In this document: positions 41,147 to 60,493 of the stretch, piece after piece | How positions within the stretch are numbered: the first letter of the stretch is position 1 | How the letters are laid out: every line of letters starts with the position of its first letter | Source of the DNA: the human T2T-CHM13v2.0 reference genome, Homo sapiens | Strand: one strand, 5' to 3' | Assembly (NCBI RefSeq): GCF_009914755.1 | Contig: NC_060948.1 | Length of the DNA stretch: 64,000 nt | Translations under genes and position numbers: made by a program | The notes under the pieces: generated by a model | Told to the model about the DNA's origin: nothing | Database searches by the model: none | The model's input: the letters and a program-made list of their open reading frames with translations, nothing else

Positions 41147-43251
41147 AGATCCATATTTTTTAAATGAAAAAAAATTTCAAAGGTACTCTGCTTGGTACAA
41201 TAATCAAATGTATAAACTGAGGAATAAAACATAACCATGAAACCTACTTATAACTGCATATGGAAAATACAGAGGATAATTTTTTAAATAACATATTTTG
41301 AAAGCCTTAACTAGTAATTTGAAGAGTTGGCATTTGAAAGGCCAGTATGAATATACCTTCAAAGCAGCAACACAGGTTCCCCATGAGGAAAAGCAAACAC
41401 AGGGAAAATAAAAACACAAAGGTTCAATCTCTTCTGACCTTTGAAAGACACAGCACAGACAGTGGTCGTTAGGACGAAGAGCAGGAGACCCCTAATTCCG
41501 TCACCATGGCGATAGGGCATAAACATTGCTGGGTGAGGGCACAATCCACATTGTGAGGTCCAACTGCTGCCAGGAAGACAGGAGTGCTTTTACATAGACC
41601 GAAAGGTCATTGAAGGCTCAGAGTTTTGTTTCAAGAACTGAATCCCAAGCCCACACGTTATTAGGCTGCGCTTCTTAAAACAAGTTATGAGATGGGAAAA
41701 AGGGCACCCACAAACATACGTATACATTATGTATATAATAATATACAGTATCATATATATAATATATATAACCTATGTATAATATTGTTTTACATCCTGC
41801 ATCTTATGTTATATATATTGTATAAAATATAATAATTGATAATATATAAGTTTTATAATTATACAATATGACATATAGTATATATTATAATTTATGACAT
41901 ATATAATATATGTTATATATCATATATAGAATATATTATACGGTTAATATACGTATTAAATATAAATTATACATTATATATATAATATATAATATATCTG
42001 TTATATATAATACCCATTATGCATAATATATATATTATGTCTATGTTATATATAGTATAAAACAACATATAATAATATATAATTGTATATATAAAATGTG
42101 ACATATAATATATATTATATTTTATAACATATGTAATATATATTACATATTATATATAACACGTTGTATGTATAATACCTATATTAAATATATATTATAT
42201 GACTATGTTATTAATTACATGTCACATGTGTTATATATTATATATTTTACATAGAATATACCGGTTACATACAATATATACTATGTTACCTATAATGTAT
42301 AATTTATTACATGTAAAATAAAGAATGCAATATATTATGTATAATTTATAATATACAATATGTGGAATGTGATATATATAACATATAATATATGATATAT
42401 GATATACAGTATATGATATATAACATACAATATATGATTCCTAATATATATGGTATACAATATATATTTTATGATATGTATTCTATATGTTTTATATTCT
42501 GTTATATATAACTATTTGAAATTACATATAACTGTATAATATTTTATGTAAATATGTAATATAATATATATAACTATATAATATATTATATATAACTATA
42601 TATTATGTTATATATACTTTTATAACATAATTTATATAAAATATCATAATATAATATATATTATATTATTTCATATTACATAATATATATTACATATCAC
42701 CCAATATAACTAACATACATAATATTATAATATAGATTATATTATGTTATATTAAATATCATATATATCATGTATCATATATTCTATAATATATATTACA
42801 CATTATATAATATGTATGTTGTCTATTATGTGATATATATAACTCTATATATAATTATATTTTTATACATATAACTAGATAAACATGTAATTCTACATAT
42901 TTTCATTTATAATATGTAGAATTATATTATCATATATAATTATTTATATTCTATAAAAAATTTTATCATTATATAAATTATAATATATAAAAATTATAAT
43001 ATGTACTACAAATATATATATTATATATCATATATGATACAGTACCTTTGTTATATATCATAATACATATAAATGTGTATTATGTTATCTATAATTATAT
43101 AATTTCATATATAAGATGTATAATATGTATCATATATTATATATGTTATGTAATATATATAGTATATATAAGATGACACAGGATAAATATTATATACTAT
43201 GACATATAAAATATATGAGGTTATATGTTACATATAAGGCATAGCACATAA

Positions 43252-43566
<315 letters not shown>

Positions 43567-45668
43567 AGATCCATATTTTTTAAATGAAAAAAAATTTCAA
43601 AGGTACTCTGCTTGGTACAATAATCAAATGTATAAACTGAGGAATAAAACATAACCATGAAACCTACTTATAACTGCATATGGAAAATACAGAGGATAAT
43701 TTTTTAAATAACATATTTTGAAAGCCTTAACTAGTAATTTGAAGAGTTGGCATTTGAAAGGCCAGTATGAATATACCTTCAAAGCAGCAACACAGGTTCC
43801 CCATGAGAAAAAGCAAACACAGGGAAAATAAAAACACAAAGGTTCAATCTCTTCTGACCTTTGAAAGACACAGCACAGACAGTGGTCCTTAGGACGAAGA
43901 GCAGGAGACCCCTAATTCCGTCACCATGGCGATAGGGCATAAACATTGCTGGGTGAGGGCACAATCCACATTGTGAGGTCCAACTGCTGCCAGGAAGACA
44001 GGAGTGCTTTTACATAGACCGAAAGGTCATTGAAGGCTCAGAGTTTTGTTTCAAGAACTGAATCCCAAGCCCACACGTTATTAGGCTGCGCTTCTTAAAA
44101 CAAGTTATGAGATGGGAAAAAGGGCACCCACAAACATACGTATACATTATGTATATAATAATATACAGTGTCATATATATAATATATATAACCTATGTAT
44201 AATATTGTTTTACATCCTGCATCTTATGTTATATATATTGTATAAAATATAATAATTGATAATATATAACTTTTATAATTATACAATATGACATATAGTA
44301 TATATTATAATTTATGACATATATAATATATGTTATATATCATATACAGAATATATTATACGGTTAATATACGTATTAAATATAAATTATACATTATATA
44401 TATTATATATAATATATCTGTTATATATAATACCCATTATGCATAATATATATATTATGTCTATGTTATATATAGTGTAAAACAACATATAAGAATATAT
44501 AATTGTATATATAAATGCGACATATAATATATATTATATTTTATAACATATGTAATATATATTATATATTATATATAATACGTTGTATGTATAGTACCTA
44601 TATTAAATATATATTATATGACTATGTTATTAATTACATGTCACATGTGTTATATATTATATATTTTACATAGAATATACCGGTTACATACAATATATAC
44701 CATGTTACCTATAATGTATAATTTATTACATGTAAAATAAAGAATGCAATATATTATGTATAATTTATAATATACAATATGTGGAATGTGATATATATAA
44801 CATATAATATATGATATATGATATACAGTATATGATATATAACATACAATATATGATTCCTAATATATATGGTATACAATATATATTTTATGATATGTAT
44901 TCTATATGTTTTATATTCTGTTATATATAACTATTTGAAATTATATATAACTGTATAATATTTTATGTAAATATGTAATATAATATATATAACTATATAA
45001 TATATTATATATAACTATATATTATGTTATATATACTTTTATAACATAATTTACATAAAATATCATAATATAATATGTATTATATTATTTCATATTACAT
45101 AATATATATTACATATCACCCAATATAACTAACATACATAATATTATAATATAGATTATATTATGTTATATTAAATATCATATATATCATGTATCATATA
45201 TTCTATAATATATATTACACATTATATAATATGTATGTTGTCTATTATGTGATATATATAACTATATATATAATTAAATTTTTATACATATAACTAGATA
45301 AACATGTAATTCTACATATTTTCATTTATAATATGTAGAAGTATATAATCATATATAATTATTTATATTCTATAAAAAATTTTCATTATATAAATTATAA
45401 TATATAAAAATTATAATATGTACTACAAATATATATATTATATATCATATATGATATAGTACCTTTGTTATATATCGTAATACATATAAATGTGTATTAT
45501 GTTATCTATAATTATATAATTTCATATATAAGATGTATAATATGTATCCTATATTATATATGTTATGTAATATATATAGTATATATAAGATGACACAGGA
45601 TAAATATTATATACTATGACATATAAAATATATGAGGTTATATGTTACATAAAAGGCATAGCACATAA

Positions 45669-45983
<315 letters not shown>

Positions 45984-48111
45984 AGATCCATATTTTTTAA
46001 ATGAAAAAAAATTTCAAAGGTACTCTGCTTGGTACAATAATCAAATGTATAAACTGAGGAATAAAACATAACCATGAAACCTACTTATAACTGCATATGG
46101 AAAATACAGAGGATAATTTTTTAAATAACATATTTTGAAAGCCTTAACTAGTAATTTGAAGAGTTGGCATTTGAAAGGCCAGTATGAATATACCTTCAAA
46201 GCAGCAACACAGGTTCCCCATGAGAAAAAGCAAACACAGGGAAAATAAAAACACAAAGGTTCAATCTCTTCTGACCTTTGAAAGACACAGCACAGACAGT
46301 GGTCCTTAAGACGAAGAGCAGGAGACCCCTAATTCCGTCACCATGGCGATAGGGCATAAACATTGCTGGGTGAGGGCACAATCCACATTGTGAGGTCCAA
46401 CTGCTGCCAGGAAGACAGGAGTGCTTTTACATAGACCGAAAGGTCATTGAAGGCTCAGAGTTTTGTTTCAAGAACTGAATCCCAAGCCCACACGTTATTA
46501 GGCTGCGCTTCTTAAAACAAGTTATGAGATGGGAAAAAGGGCACCCACAAACATAAGTATACATTATGTATATAATAATATAGAGTGTCATATATATAAT
46601 ATATATAACCTATGTATAATATTGTTTTACATCCTGCATCTTATGTTATATATATTGTATAAAATATAATAATTGATAATATATAAGTTTTATAATTATA
46701 CAATATGACATATAGTATATATTATAATTTATGACATATATAATATATGTTATATATCATATACAGAATATATTATACGGTTAATATACGTATTAAATAT
46801 AAATTATACATTATATATATTATATATAATATATCTGTTATATATAATACCCATTATGCATAATATATATATTATGTCTATGTTATATATAGTATAAAAC
46901 AACATATAATAATATATAATTGTATATATAAAATGCGACATATAATATATATTATATTTTATAACATATGTAATATATATTATATATTATATATAATACG
47001 TTGTATGTATAATACCTATATTAAATATATATTATATGACTATGTTATTAATTACATGTCACATGTGTTATATATTATATATTTTACATAGAATATACCG
47101 GTTACATACAATATACACTATGTTACCTATAATGTATAATTTATTACATGTAAAATAAAGAATGCAATATATTATGTATAATTTATAATATACAATATGT
47201 GGAATGTGATATATATAACATATAATATATGATATATGATATACAGTATATGATATATAACACACAATATATGATTCCTAATATATATGGTATACAATAT
47301 ATATTTTATGATATGTATTCTATATGTTTTATATTCTGTTATATATAACTATTTGAAATTATATGTAACTGTATAATATTTTATGTAAATATGTAATATA
47401 ATATATATAACTATATAATATATTATATATAACTATATATTATGTTATATATACTTTTATAACATAATTTACATAAAATATCATAACATAATATATATTA
47501 TATTATTTCATATTACATAATATATATTACATATCACCCAATATAACTAACATACATAATATTATAATATAGATTATATTGTGTTATATTAAATATCATA
47601 TATATCATGTATCATATATTCTATAATATATATTACACATTATATAATATGTATGTTGTCTATTATGTGATATATATAACTCTATATATAATTATATTTT
47701 TATACATATAACTAGATAAACATGTAATTCTACATATTTTCATTTATAATATGTAGAATTATATAATCATATATAATTATTTATATTCTATAAAAAATTT
47801 TATCATTATATAAATTATAATATATAAAAATTATAATATGTACTACAAATATATATATTATATATCATATATGATATAGTACCTTTGTTATATATCATAA
47901 TACATATAAATGTGTATTATGTTATCTATAATTATATAATTTCATATATAAGATGTATAATATGTATCATATATTATATATGTTATGTAATTTATATAGT
48001 ATATATAAGATGACACAGGATAAATATTATATACTATGACATATAAAATATATGAGCTTATATTTTACATATAAGGCATAGCACATAACATGTAATATAT
48101 ATCATATATAA

Positions 48112-48403
48112 TTTTTTTTTAGACAGAATCTTGTCCTGTTGCACAGGGTGGGGTACAATGGCGCCATCTTTGCTCACTGCAACTTCTGCCTCACGGGTCC
48201 AAGCGATTGTCCTCCCTGAGCCTCCCAGGTAGCTGGGACTACACCACACTGGGACTACACCAGCTGCCACCATGCCTAGCTAATTTTTTGGATTTTTAGT
48301 AGTGACAGCGTTTCACTGTATTGGCCAGGATGGTCTTGATCTCTTCACCTTGTGATCCCCTTGCCTTGGCCTCCAAATTTGCTGGGATTACAGGCCTGAG
48401 CCA
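48112..48403 (-). mobile_element. DYZ2 Alu copy
   Basis: Near-identical to 2172-2463; cctccctgag variant. Confidence 0.93.
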
Positions 48404-50531
48404 AGATCCATATTTTTTAAATGAAAAAAAATTTCAAAGGTACTCTGCTTGGTACAATAATCAAATGTATAAACTGAGGAATAAAACATAACCATGAAAC
48501 CTACTTATAACTGCATATGGAAAATACAGAGGATAATTTTTTAAATAACATATTTTGAAAGCCTTAACTAGTAATTTGAAGAGTTGGCATTTGAAAGGCC
48601 AGTATGAATATACCTTCAAAGCAGCAACACAGGTTCCCCATGAGAAAAAGCAAACACAGGGAAAATAAAAACACAAAGGTTCAATCTCTTCTGACCTTTG
48701 AAAGACACAGCACAGACAGTGGTCCTTAGGACGAAGAGCAGGAGACCCCTAATTCCGTCACCATGGCGATAGGGCATAAACATTGCTGGGTGAGGGCACA
48801 ATCCACATTGTGAGGTCCAACTGCTGCCAGGAAGACAGGAGTGCTTTTACATAGACCGAAAGGTCATTGAAGGCTCAGAGTTTTGTTTCAAGAACTGAAT
48901 CCCAAGCCCACACGTTATTAGGCTGCGCTTCTTAAAACAAGTTATGAGATGGGAAAAAGGGCACCCACAAACATACGTATACATTATGTATATAATAATA
49001 TAGAGTGTCATATATATAATATATATAACCTATGTATAATATTGTTTTACATCCTGCATCTTATGTTATATATATTGTATAAAATATAATAATTGATAAT
49101 ATATAAGTTTTATAATTATACAATATGACATATAGTATATATTATAATTTATGACATATATAATATATGTTATATATCATATATAGAATATATTATACGG
49201 TTAATATACGTATTAAATATAAATTATACATTATATATATTATATATAATATATCTGTTATATATAATACCCATTATGCATAATATATATATTATGTCTA
49301 TGTTATATATAGTATAAAACAACATATAATAATATATAATTGTATATATAAAATGCGACATATAATATATATTATATTTTATAACATATGTAATATATAT
49401 TATATATTATATATAATACGTTGTATGTATAATACCTATATTAAATATATATTATATGACTATGTTATTAATTACATGTCACATGTGTTATATATTATAT
49501 ATTTTACATGGAATATACCGGTTACATACAATATACACTATGTTACCTATAATGTATAATTGATTACATGTAAAATAAAGAATGCAATATATTATGTATA
49601 ATTTATAATATACAATATGTGGAATGTGATATATATAACATATAATATATGATATATGATATACAGTATATGATATATAACATACAATATATGATTCCTA
49701 ATATATATGGTATACAATATATATTTTATGATATGTATTCTATATGTTTTATATTCTGTTATATATAACTATTTGAAATTATATGTAACTGTATAATATT
49801 TTATGTAAATATGTAATATAATATATATAACTATATAATATATTATATATAACTATATATTATGTTATATATACTTTTATAACATAATTTACATAAAATA
49901 TCATAACATAATATATATTATATTATTTCATATTACATAATATATATTACATATCACCCAATATAACTAACATACATAATATTATAATATAGATTATATT
50001 GTGTTATATTAAATATCATATATATCAGGTATCATATATTCTATAATATATATTACACATTATATAATATGTATGTTGTCTATTATGTGATATATATAAC
50101 TCTATATATAATTATATTTTTATACATATAACTAGATAAACATGTAATTCTACATATTTTCATTTATAATATGTAGAATTATATAATCATATATAATTAT
50201 TTATATTCTATAAAAAATTTTATCATTATATAAATTATAATATATAAAAATTATAATATGTACTACAAATATATATATTATATATCATATATGATATAGT
50301 ACCTTTGTTATATATCATAATACATATAAATGTGTATTATGTTATCTATAATTATATAATTTCATATATAAGATGTATAATATGTATCATATATTATATA
50401 TGTTATGTAATTTATATAGTATATATAAGATGACACAGGATAAATATTATATACTATGACATATAAAATATATGAGCTTATATTTTACATATAAGGCATA
50501 GCACATAACATGTAATATATATCATATATAA

Positions 50532-50823
50532 TTTTTTTTTAGACAGAATCTTGTCCTGTTGCACAGGGTGGGGTACAATGGCGCCATCTTTGCTCACTGC
50601 AACTTCTGCCTCACGGGTCCAAGCGATTGTCCTCCCTGAGCCTCCCAGGTAGCTGGGACTACACCACACTGGGACTACACCAGCTGCCACCATGCCTAGC
50701 TAATTTTTTGGATTTTTAGTAGTGACAGTGTTTCACTGTATTGGCCAGGATGGTCTTGATCTCTTCACCTTGTGATCCCCTTGCCTTGGCCTCCAAATTT
50801 GCTGGGATTACAGGCCTGAGCCA
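50532..50823 (-). mobile_element. DYZ2 Alu copy
   Basis: Near-identical to 48112-48403. Confidence 0.93.
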
Positions 50824-52949
50824 AGATCTATATTTTTTAAATGAAAAAAAATTTCAAAGGTACTCTGCTTGGTACAATAATCAAATGTATAAACTGAGGA
50901 ATAAAACATAACCATCAAACCTACTTATAACTGCATATGGAAAATACAGAGGATAATTTTTTAAATAACATATTTTGAAAGCCTTAACTAGTAATTTGAA
51001 GAGTTGGCATTTGAAAGGCCAGTATGAATATACCTTCAAACAGCAACACAGGTTCCCCATGAGAAAAAGCAAACACAGGGAAAATAAAAACACAAAGGTT
51101 CAATCTCTTCTGACCTTTGAAAGACACAGCACAGACAGTGGTCCTTAGGACGAAGAGCAGGAGACCCCTAATTCCGTCACCATGGCGATAGGGCATAAAC
51201 ATTGCTGGGTGAGGGCACAATCCACATTGTGAGGTCCAACTGCTGCCAGGAAGACAGGAGTGCTTTTACATAGACCGAAAGGTCATTGAAGGCTCAGAGT
51301 TTTGTTTCAAGAACTGAATCCCAAGCCCACACGTTATTAGGCTGCGCTTCTTAAAACAAGTTCTGAGATGGGAAAAAGGGCACCCACAAACACACGTATA
51401 CATTATGTATATAATAATATACAGTGTCATATATATAATATATATAACCTATGTATAATATTGTTTTACATCCTGCATCTTATGTTATATATATTGTATA
51501 AAATATAATAATTGATAATATATAACTTTTATAATTATACAATATGACATATAGTATATATTATAATTTATGACATATATAATATATGTTATATATCATA
51601 TACAGAATATATTATACGGTTAATATACGTATTAAATATAAATTATACATTATATATATTATATATAATATATCTGTTAAATATATTACCCATTATGCAT
51701 AATATATATATTATGTCTATGTTATATATAGTATAAAACAACATATAATAATATATAATTGTATATATAAATGCGACATATAATATATATTATATTTTAT
51801 AACATATGTAATATATATTATATATTATATATAATACGTTGTATGTACAATACCTATATTAAATATATAATATATGACTATGTTATTAATTACATGTCAC
51901 ATGTGTTATATATTATATATTTTACATAGAATATACCGGTTACATACAATATATACCATGTTACCTATAATGTATAATTTATTACATGTAAAATAAAGAA
52001 TGCAATATATTATGTATAATTTATAATATACAATATGTGGAATGTGATATATATAACATATAATATATGATATATGATATACAGTATATGATATATAACA
52101 TACAATATATGATTCCTAATATATATGGTATACAATATATATTTTATGATATGTATTCTATATGTTTTATATTCTGTTATATATAACTATTTGAAATTAT
52201 ATATAACTGTATAATATTTTATGTAAATATGTAATATAATATATATAACTATATAATATATTATATATAACTATATATTATGTTATATATACTTTTATAA
52301 CATAATTTACATAAAATATCATAATATAATATATATTATATTATTTCATATTACATAATATATATTACATATCACCCAATATAACTAACATACATAATAT
52401 TATAATATAGATTATACTATGTTATATTAAATATCATATATATCATGTATCATATATTCTATAATATATATTACACATTATATAATATGTATGTTGTCTA
52501 TTATGTGATATATATAACTATATATATAATTATATTATTATACATATAACTAGATAAACATGTAATTCTACATATTTTCATTTATAATATATAGAATTAT
52601 ATAATCATATATAATTATTTATATTCTATAAAAAATTATATCATTATATAAATTATAATATAAAAAAATTATAATATGTACTACAAATATACATATTATA
52701 TATCATATATGATATAGTACCTTTGTTATATATCATAATACATATAAATGTGTATTATGTTATCTATAATTATATAATTTCATATATAAGATGTATAATA
52801 TGTATTATATATTGTCTATGTTATGTAATATATCTAGTATATGTAAGCTGACACAGGATAAATATTATATACTATGACATATAAAATATATGTGGTTATA
52901 TGTTACATATAAGGCATAGCACATAACATGTAATATATATCATATATAA

Positions 52950-53241
<292 letters not shown>

Positions 53242-55368
53242 AGATCCATATTTTTTAAATGAAATAAAATTTCAAAAGTACTCTGCTTGGTACAATAAAC
53301 AAATGTATAAACTGAGGAATAAAACATAACCATGAAACCTACTTATAACTGCATATGGAAAATACAGAGGATAATTTTTTAAATAACATATTTTGAAAGC
53401 CTTAACTAGTAATTTGAAGAGTTGGCATTTGAAAGGCCAGTATGAATATACCTTCAAAGCAGCAACACAGGTTCCCCATGAGAAAAAGCAAACTCAGGGA
53501 AAATAAAACCACAAAGGTTCAATCTCTTCTGACCTTTGAAAGACACAGCACAGACAGTGGTCCTTAGGAAGAAGAGCAGGAGACCCCTAATTCCGTCACC
53601 ATGGCGATAGGGCATAAACATTGCTGGGTGAGGGCACAATCCACATTGAGAGGTCCAACTGCTGCCAGGAAGACAGGAGTGCTTTTACATAGACCGAAAA
53701 GTCATTGAAGGCTCAGAGTTTTGTTTCAAGAACTGAATCCCAAGCCCACACGTTATTAGGCTGCGCTTCTTAAAACAAGTTATGAGATGGGAAAAAGGGC
53801 ACCCACAAACATACGTATACATAATGTATATAATAATATACAGTATCATATATATAATATATATAACCTATGTATAATATTGTTTTACATCATGCATCTT
53901 ATATTATATATATTGTATAAAATATAATAATTCATAATATATAACGTTTATATTTATACAATATGACATGTAGTATATATTATAATTTATGACATATATA
54001 ATATATGTTATATATCATATATAGAATATATTATACGGTTAATATACGTATTAAATATAAATTATACATTATATATATTATATAAAATATATCTGTTATA
54101 TATAATACCCTTTATGCATAATATATATATTATGTCTATGTTATATAGAGTATAAAACAACATATAATAATATATAATTGTATATATAAAATGCGACATA
54201 TAATATATATTATATTTTATGACATATGTAATATATATTATATATTATATATAATACGTTGTATGTTTAATACCTATATTAAATATATATTATATGACTA
54301 TGTTATTAATTACATGTCACATATGTTATATATTACATATTTTACATAGAATATACCGGTTACATGCAATATATACTATGTTACCTATAATGTATAATTG
54401 ATTACATGTAAAATAAAGAATGCAATATATTATGTATAATTTATAATATACAATATGTGGAATGTGATATATATAACATATAATATATGATATATGATAT
54501 ACAGTATATGATATATAACATACAATATATGATACCTAATATATATGGTATACAATATATATTTTATGATATGTATTCTATATGTTTTATATTCTGTTAT
54601 ATATAACTATTTGAAATTATATATAACTGTATAATATTTTATGCAAATATGTAATATAATATATATAACTATATAATATATTATATATAACTATATATTA
54701 TGTTATATATACTTTTATAACATAATTTACATTAAATATCATAATATAATATATATTATATTATTTCACATTACATAATATATATTACATATCACCCAAT
54801 ATAAGTAACATACATAATATTATAATATAGATTATATTATGTTATATTAAATATCATATATATCATGTATCATATATTCTATAATATATATTACACATTA
54901 TATAATATGTATGTTGTCTATTATGTGATATATATAACTATATATATAATTATATTATTATACATATAACTAGATAAACATGTAATTCTACATATTTTCA
55001 TTTATAATATATAGAATTATATAATCATATATAATTATGTATATTCTATAAAAAATTATATCATTATATAAATTATAATATAAAAAAATTATAATATGTA
55101 CTACAAATATATATATTATATATCATATATGATATAGTACCTTTGTTATATATCATAATACATATAAATGTGTATTATGTTATCTATAATTATATAATTT
55201 CATATATAAGATGTATAGTATGTATTATATATTGTATATGTTATGTAATATATATAGTATATATAAGCTGACACAGGATAAATATTATATACTATGACAT
55301 ATAAAATATATGAGGTTATATGTTACATATAAGGCATAGCACATAACATGTAATATATATCATATATA

Positions 55369-55660
55369 TTTTTTTTTAGACAGAGTCTTGTCGTGTTGCA
55401 CAGGGTGGGGTACAATGGCGCCATCTTTGCTCACTGCAACATCTGCCTCACGGGTCCAAGCGATTGTCCTCCCTCAGCCTCCCAGGTAGCTGGGACTACA
55501 CCACACTGGGACTACACCAGCTGTCACCATGCCTAGCTAATTTTTTGGATTTTTAGTAGTGACAGCGTTTCACTGTATTGGCCAGGATGGTCTTGATCTC
55601 TTCACCTTGTGATCCCCTTGACTTGGCCTCCAAATTTGCTGGGATTACAGGCCTGAGCCA
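55369..55660 (-). mobile_element. DYZ2 Alu copy (right-hand subfamily)
   Basis: Same Alu with agacagagtc/gtcgtg/aacatctg variants. Confidence 0.93.
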
Positions 55661-57788
55661 AGATCCATATTTTTTAAATGAAAAAAAATTTCAAAGGTAC
55701 TCTGCTTGGTACAATAATCAAATGTATAAACTGAGGAATAAAACATAACCATGAAACCTACTTATAACTGCATATGGAAAATACAGAGGATAATTTTTTT
55801 AATAACATATTTTGAAAGCCTTAACTAGTAATTTGAAGAGTTGGCATTTGTAAGGCCAGTATGAATATACCTTCAAAGCAGCAACACAGGTTCCCCATGA
55901 GAAAAAGCAAACTCAGGGAAAATAAAACCACAAAGGTTCAATCTCTTCTGACCTTTGAAAGACACAGCACAGACAGTGGTCCTTAGGACGAAGAGCAGGA
56001 GACCCCTAATTCCGTCACCATGGCGATAGGGCATAAACATTGCTGGGTGAGGGCACAATCCACATTGTGAGGTCCAACTGCTGCCAGGAAGACAGGAGTG
56101 CTTTTACATAGACCGAAAGGTCATTGAAGGCTCAGAGTTTTGTTTCAAGAACTGAATCCCAAGCCCACACGTTATTAGGCTGCGCTTCTTAAAACAAGTT
56201 ATGAGATGGGAAAAAGGGCACCCACAAACATACGTATACATTATGTATATAATAATATACAGTATCATATATAAAATATGTATAACCAATGTATAATATT
56301 GTTTTACATCCTGCATCTTATATTATATATATTGTATAAAATATAATAATTGATAATATATAAGTTTTAAATTTATACAATATGACATATAGTATATATT
56401 ATACTTTATGACATATATAATATATGTTATATATCATATATAGAATATATTATACGGTTAATATACGTATTAAATATAAATTATACATTATATATATTAT
56501 ATAAAATATATCTGTTATATATAATACCCATTATGCATAATATATATATTATGTCTATGTTATATATAGTATAAAACAACATATAATAATATATAATTGT
56601 ATATATAAAATGCGACATATAATATATATTATATTTTATGACATATGTAATATATATTATATATTATATATAATACGTTGTATGTATAATACCTATATTA
56701 AATATATATTATATGACTATGTTATTAATTACATGTCACATATGTTATATATTATATATTTTACATAGAATATACCGGTTACATACAATATATACTATGT
56801 TACCTATAATGTATAATTGATTACATGTAAAATAAAGAATGCAATATATTATGTATAATTTATAATATACAATATGTGGAATGTGATATATATAACATAT
56901 AATATATGATATATGATATACAGTATATGATATATAACATACAATATATGATACCTAATATATATGGTATACAATATATATTTTAAGATATGTATTCTAT
57001 ATGTTTTATATTCTGTTATATATAAGTATTTGAAATTATATATAACTGTATAATATTTTATGTAAATATGTAATATAATATATATAACTATATAATATAT
57101 TATATATAACTCTATATTATGTTATATATACTTTTATAACATAATTTACATAAAATGTCATAATATAATATATATTATATTATTTCACATTACATAATAT
57201 ATATTACATATCACCCAATATAAGTAACATACATAATATTATAATATATAGTATATTATGTTATATAAAATATCATATATATCATGTATCATATATTCTA
57301 TAATATATATTACACATTATATAATATGTATGTTGTCTATTTTCTGATATATAAAACTATATATATAATTATATTATTATACATATAACTAGATAAACAT
57401 ATAATTCTACATATTTTCATTTGTAATATATAGAATTATATAATCATATATAATTATTTATATTCTATAAAAAATTATATCATTATATAAATTATAATAT
57501 AAAAAAATTATAATATGTACTACAAATATACATATTATATATCATATATGATATAGTACATTTGTTATATATCATAATACATATAAATGTGTATTATGTT
57601 ATCCATAATTATATAATTTCATATATAAGATGTATAATATGTATTATATATTGTCTATGTTATGTAATATATATAGTATATGTAAGCTGACACAGGATAA
57701 ATATTATATACTATGACATATAAAATATATGAGATTATATGTTACATATAAGGCATAGCACATAACATGTAATATATATCATATATAA

Positions 57789-58080
<292 letters not shown>

Positions 58081-60172
58081 AGATCCATATTTTTTAAATG
58101 AAAAAAAATTTCAAAGGTACTCTGCTTGGTACAATAATCAAATGTATAAACTGAGGAATAAAACATAACCATGAAACCTACTTATAACTGCATATGGAAA
58201 ATACAGAGGATAATTTTTTAAATAACATATTTTGAAAGCCTTAACTAGTAATTTGAAGAGTTGGCATTTGAAAGGCCAGTATGAATATACCTTCAAAGCA
58301 GCAACACAGGTTCCCCATGAGAAAAAGCAAACTCAGGGAAAATAAAACCACAAAGGTTCAATCTCTTCTGACCTTTGAAAGACACAGCACAGACAGTGGT
58401 CCTTAGGACGAAGAGCAGGAGACCCCTAATTCCGTCACCATGGCGATAGGGCATAAACATTGCTGGGTGAGGGCACAATCCACATTGAGAGGTCCAACTG
58501 CTGCCAGGAAGACAGGAGTGCTTTTACATAGACCGAAAGGTCATTGAAGGCTCAGAGTTTTGTTTCAAGAACTGAATCCCAAGCCCACACGTTATTAGGC
58601 TGCGCTTCTTAAAACAAGTTATGAGATGGGAAAAAGGGCACCCACAAACATACGTATACATTATGTATATAATAATATACAGTATCATATATATAATATA
58701 TATAACCTATGTATAATATTGTTTTACATCATGCATCTTATATTATATATATTGTATAAAATATAATAATTCATAATATATAACGTTTATATTTATACAA
58801 TATGACATATAGTATATATTATAATTTATGACATATATAATATATGTTATATATCATATATAGAATATATTATACGGTTAATATACGTATTAAATATAAA
58901 TTATACATTATATATATTATATAAAATATATCTGTTATATATAATACCCTTTATGCATAATATATATATTATGTCTATGTTATATATAGTATAAAACAAC
59001 ATATAATAATATATAATTGTATATATAAAATGCGACATATAATATATATTAAAATTTATGACATATGTAATATATATTATATATTATATATAATACGTTG
59101 TATGTATAATACCTATATTAAATATATATTATATGACTATGTTATTAATTACATGTCACATATGTTATATATTACATATTTTACATAGAATATACCGGTT
59201 ACATGCAATATATACTATGTTACCTATAATGTATAATTGATTACATGTAAAATAAAGAATGCAATATATTATGTATAATTTATAATATACAATATGTGGA
59301 ATGTGATATATATAACATATAATATATGATATATGATATACAGTATATGATATATAACATACAATATATGATACCTAATATATATGGTATACAATATATA
59401 TTTTATGTATTCTATATGTTTTATATTCTGTTATATATAACTATTTGAAATTATATATAACTGTATAATATTTTATGCAAATATGTAATATAATATATAT
59501 AACTATATAATATATTATATATAACTATATATTATGTTATATATACTTTTATAACATAATTTACATTAAATATCATAATATAATATATATTATATTATTT
59601 CACATTACATAATATATATTACATATCACCCAATATAAGTAACATACATAATATTATAATATAGATTATATTATGTTATATTAAATATCATATATATCAT
59701 GTATCATATATTCTATAATATATATTACACATTATATAATATGTATGTTGTCTATTATGTGATATATATAACTATATATATAATTATATTATTATACATA
59801 TAACTAGATAAACATGTAATTCTACATATTTTCATTTATAATATATAGAATTATATAATCATATATAATTATTTATATTCTATAAAAAATTATATCATTA
59901 TATAAATTATAATATAAAAAATTATAATATGTACTACAAATATATATATTATATATCATATATGATATAGTACCTTTGTTATATATCATAATACATATAA
60001 ATGTGTATTATGTTTTCTATAATTATATAATTTCATATATAAGATGTATAATATGTATTATATATTGTATATGTTATGTAATATATATAGTATATATAAG
60101 CTGACACAGGATAAATATTATATACTATGACATATAAAATATATGAGGTTATATGTTACATATAAGGCATAG

Positions 60173-60493
<321 letters not shown>

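Noticed and set aside
48058-48273. ORFs overlapping the Alu (also 50478-50693 and 60226-60429)
   Set aside because: Typical Alu-frame translations (e.g. [18 protein letters not shown]), not genes.
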